Assembly: GCA_951406725.2 (NCBI GenBank)
Contig: OX597839.1
Span: forward strand, 31,372,001-31,436,000
Direction: 5' to 3'
Source: Octopus vulgaris
Lineage: Eukaryota
DNA: 64,000 bases
Part shown: positions 54,363 to 64,000 of the stretch, piece after piece
Layout of the letters: every line of letters starts with the position of its first letter
Numbering within the stretch: position 1 is the stretch's first letter
Translations under genes and position numbers: made by a program
The notes under the pieces: generated by a model
Database searches by the model: none
What the model saw: the letters and a program-made list of their open reading frames with translations, nothing else
What the model was told of the DNA's origin: nothing

Positions 54363-56464
54363 CTGTAGCATCCTCTCATTGGCATGCTCTGATATGATTT
54401 GAACTCGGAAGCACTGGACAAGCAATATGTTCTATCCAAGCTTTGCCTTCCTTTCAAGCTTTCTATAGATCTTTTAGTTGGTGATGTTAAAAAGCAAACT
54501 AAACGAATTAAGTGAGATATCTCTATTGATGGATTAACTATTGTGATAGATGAAGATGTTTATCAGTGAAAACAAGATTGTTGAATGCCAACAGAGAGAA
54601 AGAGAGAGAGAAAGAGTAGAATTGTTCCATCTGTTGCCAACAGCAACAATATGAGTAGATCACACAGATGAAATTGTTAATGACTTAACAGCTTGCTTTA
54701 TTACAAATGTCTTGTGAAATTTGGATTCTAGCCAGAAGAAAACCTTTCAACTATTTTCATTCATCCGTTAATGACTTTGAAAAATTGGTTTCCAGATAAA
54801 TTAGATTTTAGGCAGAAAAGAAAAGTGATAATTGGAGTGTAGACGGAGAGACATTTAAGAAAAATCAAAAGGAAACAATTATTGTAGTTGGAGTGGAGGA
54901 GAGATATGCAGATTAATAGAGAAATTGTGATGTGTTTGGGAACAATGTATTGGTTAAGATGCGTTACGACATTATGAAAGAATAAGTGTAATTATTAGCT
55001 TCGTTTGTTTGGTCTTTATTCCGGTGAAGATTGATACGACCTTCGTTAAATTCCTGAATGGCACAAACCAAACAGAACTGCATTAATCAAGCAGTCTTGA
55101 AAACCATTATTTCATAAGAATCATTGTAATTTTATTTACCTTCATTTCAAAAGAAAGAAAGGGGTTCTGTGATGCGAGGGAGAATACTTTAATCCCTTCT
55201 TCTGTCATTAATTTCTGTTTCTGTGACAGAACAGGATTACAAGGCTGGGTTTTCAACATCCAATTAAGCCTCCTTCTTTAAGACAAGCCAACTTGAAGGA
55301 GACTTAAAGAACGAAATGGTCGGATAATATCCAAAGCCTCAGTTGTTTGTGTTTGGGAACCCAGTCGGAAAGTGAAATGACAGTCGCTTCTAATAGGATT
55401 CTATGAAAGAAGAACCTGATGACTCTCTCGCCATGACCTTCTGGAGAACAAGAGGCTGAGAAGATGGATGGATGGACGGGCAGATGATATTGAACAGGAT
55501 GTTGAGATAAGCTGGCTTTTATAATGATACCAGTCTCCAGGGATTCATAAAGAACTGGTCAGAACCACTTCAGTCACAGACCATGAAAAGGGGAAGGTGA
55601 GAACAAGTCATGTAAAAACAATGATTTGAACCCCTGCTAATTTCAGGGGCATAAAATGGTTCTAAAACACTGACTCTTCTAACTTCACCTAACTCTATGT
55701 TAATAAACAAAAAGAAAACCCCAAAAAAGCAACAGTTTAAATGCTTTTGTTATTTCATGATTAAGAGATGTTAGAAAAGGTATAAAGCTATTAAAAAGGA
55801 GCCAAAAAACCAAAAATATTTGTGTAAATATTTCTGAGATGACTTTACAAAGTATTATGGTTTCATTGGACTATTAACCTATCTCCGGGATTTTGATCTG
55901 TGTCGGCTTTCCATTGATGTTCTCTCTGATCATCTTTATCATGTCTCTCACCTCCCCCCCCACACACAATTTCATGTCACTGACACCAAACTTAGAACCT
56001 TTATCTCTCTCTCTCTCTCTCTCTCCCTCCCTCCATAATGCTTACAGTTTTAAACCTCTTCCCTTCACTCCTAGCATTTTCTTTTCCTCCTTTCTCTTGC
56101 ATTTGCATCACACACTATGACAAGTGCACCATGCATTTCTTTCCCCTACAAACGTATTTCCTTCCAGTACAAATGTCCTGATTTATGTCTATCACCAAAT
56201 GCATGATTACTTTCCCCAATCAGGGTCTTCATCACAGTTTTGAAAGGGACCCCACTCCCCCATCATGATTCATTTCCCCATGGTTTTGTTCCTTGATAAG
56301 GACTCCAGTGACAGGTGATCCTAAGTGCTCCAGACAGTGGTAAGCATGTAGTGATCCTCATCCTGTGGGTCAGCTGGAGAAGGTCACTACAGAGATGCTT
56401 GTTGGTAACATTCTGCACTCTGCTGGTTCTGAGTGCAACAACTGATAAGGGATTTGGCCCTTGT

Positions 56465-56765
56465 TGTATAGTAAGAGCTAAAGGATTTAGTGAGAGGATT
56501 CGGATATAGTGAGGGCTATGAAAGTTGTAACTTAGGAAGACTTACTGAAGTCTAGGTGGGAGTCAACAAAATAGTGAGGACCACAGACTTAATGAGAGCC
56601 AAAGATTTAGTGAGGGCCATGGACCCAGTTAGGGCTATTAATGTAGTGAAGGCCATAAGACTTAGGGAGGGCCATAGACTTAATGGGGGCCACTGATGCA
56701 ATAAAGGCCATCAATTTAGTGAGTACCAAGGACAAAGTAATGGTCGTGGATGTAGTGGGGAGCTA
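56465..56765. repeat. Degenerate ~18-bp tandem repeat (GACTTAGTGAGGGCCATA-like)
   Basis: TAGTGAGGGCCAT variants recur at about 18-bp spacing. Confidence 0.65.
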
Positions 56766-57992
56766 GTCATCCACTTCACCTTCTCCTCTCTATCCTGTTG
56801 AATTAGACTTCTAGACCCTGCATCCAGCACCTTGTCCAATCCCTTCTTTGCAGAACAAAATTCATCTATTACTCACCTTGATGGTTTTTACCTGCAAATA
56901 TTGACGTTTGGTAGTTTAAACATATCAGTGACCATATTACCTTTAAACTGTCTCCAATGCGATGCGTGGGAAGTTTTGTAAATAAAACCCATATAAATAC
57001 CAGATACTCTCAGAGTAAATTGCAAAAATAGAAACATATTTGTATAATTGGTATTGAATATATTTGCATAATTTATGCAAATGTATTCTCGATTCAATGT
57101 AACCAACAGAAAAATTGTAGTAGAGCTAATAATACAACAGAATACAGAGATGTTAATGCATAGCCATGAAGTGATAATACTAGAAGAAGCACAAAGATAC
57201 AAACGAGAGTGAAATCCTATTTAATGATGGCATAATGACTTCATGCATTGATTATATGAATACATCAGAGAGGAATATTTTAATAATATTACAAGAATAC
57301 AGACTAATGTTACATGGATAGAGGCTAATGTTACATGGAGATAGACTTGATGTTACATGGCAGGAATCAAGAAATATCAAAAAGCAATGATTGTACAGTT
57401 AGTTATGTGCTGGTGTCTCAGTAATATGTCATTACAATGAGTTGAAATGTAATATTGCCAGAATTCTGTGATATCAGATATCCACGAGGTTAGAGAGGAA
57501 TATAATGCATAATTTTGGATATTGCATGACAATTAGACTTTAGCATCGTTCAGTAATGAGTTTGAACATTAGACAAGTTGATAAGACAAGAATGCGGAAT
57601 GAATTAGGGTTCCAGTGATAACAGTGATACCAGCAATTATGTCTTAGGGAAGCATCGAAGCTTCGATTTGTAAACAAGGCTAATGTGATGTTGTGACATT
57701 AATGCGTTTTCTAATGACATTAGTAATGTAAATGAAAGGATTCGTCACCGTACAACAGTAGTTTCTACCTGCACCACGAATAGCTTAATTATACTAATTA
57801 TGAATTAATTAATTGCTAAGTTAGTAGGTATTATAGACATGGATCTGATTTCTTTTCTGCATCAGACTTGTGGTTATAATGTTTGATATCGTTTTACAAT
57901 GATGATAAAGATATCATAGATAAAGCTTCAGGTTCTGGTTTGTAACAGAGGCTTAATAAAACAGGTACCTGTGGGTTATTGTACTTCCTAAT

Positions 57993-58210
57993 AACCCTTT
58001 CTACCATAGGTACAAGGCCTGGATTTTGTGGGGAGGGGGACAGTCAATCACACTGACCCCAGTACTCAACTGTTACTTGATTTATCGACCCCCAAAAGGA
58101 TGAAAGGCAAAGTCGACCTCAGCAGAAATTGAACTGAGAATGTAGCGGCAGACGAAACACTGCTAAGCATTTTTCCCAGCATGCTAACGATTCTGCCATC
58201 TCACCACCTT
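57993..58210 (-). mobile_element. SINE family A
   Basis: Same motifs on the minus strand. Confidence 0.78.
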
Positions 58211-58222
58211 ATTTGTACTTTC

Positions 58223-58272
<50 letters not shown>

Positions 58273-58275
<3 letters not shown>

Positions 58276-58830
58276 GCCCTGATGCAGTACCAGGCAGTGG
58301 CTCTCATGGCTTCTGATCTTAACTGATTGGAAGTGTTATCATGTACATTGTTTTGTCTTGGTATAAAAGATGGCCTACAGCAAATATTCTGCTCAATACC
58401 ACAGATTTGCTTGTCAGTTGTTTGACCTTAACCAGTTGAGCATGTCCCTTGGTGGCTGACGATATGTGCATCTCTGATCATGAGCAGAAGTAGTGGGGGA
58501 GCATCATAGCCATGTGTTGAGAGGGATTCTTTGGGGTTTGAATAATTCACCTCTGGAAACATGGGTGGTTCTTTCAACATCCTTAAACAACCCTTATTCA
58601 GGGACCTTTTGAGCGGGATGGGCTACACGACCTGAAGAAAATTCTAACTGGGCCCCACCTGCAAGGTCATGCGCTGTTTATCTTGATATGAGATCATCAT
58701 GTCGCGCACATATTGTTGTGATGCGTGTGCCTAGTGTACCCTTATCAGACAGGTAGTCATGATGGGTATATTGGGCTTTGTATATTTTACCCCAGTGTCA
58801 CTTTGATGGCATGAACTGCTTTCTCACACA
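58273..58830. mobile_element. Unclassified ~560-bp interspersed repeat embedded in (TAA)n
   Basis: Flanked by (TAA)n on both sides. A second, shorter copy at about 893-1309 is clearly alignable (e.g. GACCTGAAGAAAATTCTAACTGGGCCCCAC). Confidence 0.75.
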
Positions 58831-60405
58831 ATAATAATAATAATAATATTAATGATTCTTTCTACTATAGGCTCAATGCTTGGAATTTTGGGGAAAGGGA
58901 CTAGTTGATTTCATCAACCCCCCCAGTTCTTGACTGGTACTTACTTAACCGGCCCTGAAAGAATAAAGATAAATTTGGCCCCGGCAGAATTTGGACACGA
59001 TGTCACTTGTAAATCAAAACTATCTTGAATCAATGACTTATCAAATACTTTCAGTTCAACAGACAGAGAGTGTCCTTAGGTGGAGGATGAGATTTGAGAG
59101 TAACGGTCATGATGAGATTGGAATGATGATGATGATGATGTTGATGGTGGTGATGGTGGTGGTACACTTTGTTTCTAGGTAACAATAATATCCCGACACT
59201 ATAGAGTATTTCACCAATTAAGTCACTATATACAGTGATATATATATAGTGTATATATATATATATACACTATATATATAATTAGATAAAGATAATTATG
59301 GCTGGTCTATGGCCTTATCCTGGGTTTTATAAAGCACTTAGCTTTATGGAGTTTCTTCAGACCCTAATGGCCATTCTTTTTCAGATTTATGATTTACAGA
59401 TGATATATATATATATATAGCACCCACTACACTCACGGAGTGGTTGGCGTTAGGAAGGGCATCCAGCTGTAGAAACATTGCCAGATAAGACTGGAGCCTG
59501 GTGCAGCCTTCTGGCTTCCCAGATCCCCGGTCGAACCGTCCAACCCATGCTAGCATGGAGAACAGACGTTAAACGATGATGATGATATATACACCCACAC
59601 ACATAGATACGTTTTGTCCAGCATTGTCTCAGGCCATGTCTAAAGGGGAACCAAAAAAAGGTTGAAAGTGGATTAAGATTACTTTTTTTTTAGCATTCAG
59701 TAGTAGAGTGTAATTTTAAAAGGAGCTTGGCTGTTATATCTAGCTGGTAATGGTTCCCATTTGGGGTTGTATTCGTCATCTTACAGAAGAATGCAAGAAT
59801 TTTCACAGAATAGTGAAAGATATATTTGAAAGGCCATTCAAATGCTGAGTAAACATTCTTTTTGTGGTATTTTCCTTTCCATTGTTCCTTTCAAAACTGG
59901 TGGATAATATTGAACTGTCTCAGATATAAGTTGATGAATGAGAATTCAAAATAAAAATCAATAGCAGACATAAAACAAGGGCAGATTCTTGAGTGTGGTC
60001 GCATTATCTTAGATGCAATGGATCATGTTTAGAATTTTAAATATGGAATTTCTAAAGAGGATGAAGAAGAAGAGGAAGAAGAGGAGGAGGAAAGGGAAAT
60101 GGATTAGAATTCGAAAATGTATGTTGATTAATGTTTGTGACAATGGAGAGAAATTCAGTGTTATGTCTTTGATGTTTACAACTACATGACAGATAGACGC
60201 ACAGATGGATAGACAGGGAGATAGGGGAAATTATTGGCTTGAAAAATGGAGAGCTATAATCCTGATTACACATATGTATATATACACACATATATATTTA
60301 AGTATATGTGTATATATAAACACATATACATGTACATGTATGTGTGTGCATGAATGTATGAATAAATGTATATGCATATATGTCTATTAATATATATATA
60401 TGTGC

Positions 60406-60450
<45 letters not shown>

Positions 60451-60480
60451 CATAAGTACATATTTGTATGCATATATATG

Positions 60481-60531
<51 letters not shown>

Positions 60532-61168
60532 GCACATATATATATATTAATAGACATATATGCATATACATTTATTCATACATTCATGCACACACACACA
60601 CACATGTACATGTATGTATATGTGTGTGTATATGCACATATAAATGTACATATATGCACATACAAAATATTGCTTTCAAATTTTGGCACAAGGCCAGCAA
60701 TTTCGGGGGTGGAGCTAACTCAATTACGTTGACCCCAGTGCTCAACTGGTACTTGTTTTACTGACCCTGAAATGATGAAAGGCAAAGTCGAACCCAGTGG
60801 GATTTGAACTCAGAATGTAAAGACAAACAAAATGCTGGTAAGCATTTTGTCGATCCTTGTGACAATTTCACCAACTTGTTGTCATATGGTGCCATGTAGT
60901 GTGGGTTGAGATGCCCAGAATATAACCAATATTCAACACTCCAGGTGTTCCTTTATATTCAGACAAACATTCTGAAGTCAGTTCTGATGGCGTGAAGATA
61001 CAACAAATTACATTGGACTCAGCTTTTGCAATTCTTCTTTGCAATCTTCACTGGAACACATGTAAAAATGCCATGGGTAAGTAATTTCTGAACAAACCCT
61101 CCAGTCTTGCTTGTTTCTTTATATATATATGTATATATGCATATCTATCTATCTATATATATATATAT

Positions 61169-61213
<45 letters not shown>

Positions 61214-61314
61214 ACTAATTGTTATATTTCGGAATGGTCATTTTGCCAGTTTAGCCAATAAAAACACACACACTATATATTTGGTGTTACTTCTTGCACA
61301 ACAAATATATAAAC

Positions 61315-61353
<39 letters not shown>

Positions 61354-61452
61354 TATCCATACTAGGATAATTCATTCAACTACTTTAATATATATGTATG
61401 TATATATATATATATATGTATGTGTGTATATATATATATATATATATGTATC

Positions 61453-61509
<57 letters not shown>

Positions 61510-61512
61510 GTA

Positions 61513-61570
<58 letters not shown>

Positions 61571-61829
61571 GTATGTATGTATGTATGTATTTAAACGCTT
61601 TCTAAAATAAACATACACTTAATTTTTAAAGGTTCTGGGGAGGCTATAGGATGTTGCACAAGCACTCAGCTCTGAGTGCACTGCTCCTAATAGCAGAAAC
61701 AGCTGTAAGCTAATTCAGTTGATTACACAATTCCTGTTCCCTTGTCATTCAATTTATTCATACATGTCCGATGCAGTGAAGGTACTTTATAAATCAAATA
61801 GTTATTACTACTGGGACTATGATGACTAC

Positions 61830-61854
61830 AAATAATAATAACGATGATGATAAT

Positions 61855-61898
<44 letters not shown>

Positions 61899-62015
61899 TG
61901 ATGACGATAATGATAATAATAATAATAATGATAATAATAATAATAATGATAATAATAATGATAATGATAATAATAATAATAATGATAATAATAATGATAA
62001 TGATAATAATAATAA
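61830..62015. repeat. (AAT/GAT)n trinucleotide repeat
   Basis: Direct inspection. Confidence 0.9.
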
Positions 62016-63180
62016 AAGCTACATATACTTTGAAGGGAATGTAAAGAAATGTAAATGAAATGTGAGATTAAGTTTCTTAAAAGTGATATTAATATAACGG
62101 TGGAGAATGTTGACCAAACAACCAGTTGTGAGGGTTGGAAATTGCTGTTAAGAAACGCGCTCACTACAGAAGCCTCGACATTCTTTTGGGAATGTCTCAG
62201 AGCTGTTTCTGTAGCCGAGACGCCGTCGGAGGGGGGGGGGGCACACCGTTGCTTAAGGTTTGCAGTGAATTTCAAAGAAGTATAAATTCTAAATGATACT
62301 TACAAGTCCGTGCAACTTTTCCTTTAAAAAAAAAAGAAAGAGTGAAGGAATGGCTGTTAACAATGTTCTGTGGGAACACAACATAGAGGTGCATGAACAA
62401 AAACACACAATTTGTTTGCTCAGCAACTTGCATTTTGTCAAGTTAAGACATCCTAATTCTTCGAATCATATAGAGATCTATATAGTATATATATATATCT
62501 ATATTGTATATTATATATTATATATTAGTATATATGCATCGGTGTATACAAGTGATGACATAAGTTGCAAATCATCCGTTGCCAGCAGAGTTGGCGGCAA
62601 GGAAAGGTGGAAAAATTAAATGGTTTACAAAAAAAAAAAAATAATAATAATAATAAAATGAACAACATCGAAGATTCCCTAGGGTGCCATGCTGAAGACA
62701 ATAGTTAGAGGTGAGTAAAATAAAGGTTTTGGTGTTGCACGGAATTGATAGTTGTTGGAGGAAGAAGAGGTGAAATGAAGCAGAGATCTGATGGTGCCGG
62801 AAGCATTTCATAAGCCATTTTCAAGAAGAATTGGTAAGAGTCAAGTGGGTGAGGTGAGGAAGAATAATAATGTGTTGACAACAATATGAAGGAGATGTAG
62901 CATGCTTAGATAAAGAACTGGTGGTGGTGGTGGTGGTGGTGGTGGCAGTGGTGGTGGTGGTGATGGTGGTGGTGGTGGTGGTGGTGATAGCGGCAATGGT
63001 GAGTGAGTCGGGTGAAATGAGAAGAATACAGCAAGTCTAGAGCCAAGTTGAAATGGAATCAATTTTCATAAGAACCGTATTTCATCAAATCAAAATATTC
63101 AACAAAACATTTCAAACAGTAATATATGCATATGTTTGTGTGTAAGCATGTGTGTATGAGTGTATGTGTTTGTGTGTATG

Positions 63181-63236
<56 letters not shown>

Positions 63237-63866
63237 TGTGTGTTTGTGCATATATATATATATATTTTAGCATATGTATGTATATATGTGTATATGTATA
63301 GAAGTATATTTGCTAGTATGCGCATGTGATGTGCATGTGTATACATGTATATAAGATAGTGTGTGTGTGTGTATGTGTGTGGAACATACATAAAAATGAC
63401 ATCCAACATAGAAAGAACAGTAGTTAAGTCACCTGTTTCTCTGATTAGTTAATAAAGAAAACAACAAATTGGAGGTGAGAGATGCAGGAAACAAGCTTGA
63501 TTAGAAAAATGGTTGCATCTTCATTGGAAAGATACGAAACAGAAAGATAACACGTTTTGTAGGACAGATTGAGGTTGGTGGGGGGTGGGGACAGATTTTA
63601 GAGAAATAAAGACTTCTGTTAGAGAGAGAAAACTCCTCTCTAAAAATTGTCTTTTTGTTTGGTGGTGAGAAGTCTGCCTCCTGATCACATGTAGTTCTGG
63701 GTTCAGTCACACTATGTGGCACCTTGGACAAATGTCTTCTGCTACAGGCCCAGACCATCTGAAGCCTTGTGAATGGATTTGGCAGACAGAAACTAAAAGA
63801 AGCCTATTGTGTGTGTGTGTGTGTGTATTAATGTTTGTTTTTATGTACAGTTATAACAAAAACAAT

Positions 63867-64000
63867 GGGGTTAGTCCATACTTTTGTGGAGTACAAATTT
63901 ATTATTCTTAAATAAGAATAGCATCGATAGTGACTTCGAAGTTTTGGCCAGTTCGATAATGGCTTAGCTGGCTGAAACTTCGAAGTTACTGTCAACAAGA
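63867..64000. mobile_element. Inverted pair of the hammerhead-like repeat seen at 7511 (runs off the window end)
   Basis: A minus copy (63867-63952) is followed directly by a plus copy GATAATGGCTTAGCTGGCTGAAACTTCGAAGTTAC. Confidence 0.55.

Noticed and set aside
62055-62285. 76-aa plus-strand ORF, and the overlapping minus ORF, as protein-coding
   Set aside because: No recognisable motif and no splice support.

Overview
AT-rich eukaryotic genomic DNA saturated with microsatellites and SINEs. The repeat content looks like an octopod cephalopod (Octopus-like); this is inferred, not proven. The window appears to be almost entirely intron of one large minus-strand gene: a single convincing 139-bp coding exon (31242-31380) encodes the C-terminal part of the CG-1 DNA-binding domain of a CAMTA transcription factor, and no neighbouring canonical exon was recognised. 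The rest is mobile-element debris: several SINE families, two (TAA)n-embedded R4/Dong-type retrotransposon remnants, a CR1/L2-group 3' end, a DD37D Tc1/mariner remnant, piggyBac- and hAT-type MITEs, a non-autonomous Helitron and minisatellites. The most interesting signals are (i) three different hammerhead-ribozyme-like, Penelope-type motifs, each seen in an inverted-duplicate arrangement and one joined to a tRNA-like segment, (ii) candidate in-frame microexons and a candidate short terminal exon for CAMTA, and (iii) inverted MITE copies bracketing the CAMTA exon. Nearly all ORFs in the supplied track are microsatellite or SINE artefacts. Repeat boundaries are approximate and only representative SINE copies are listed.
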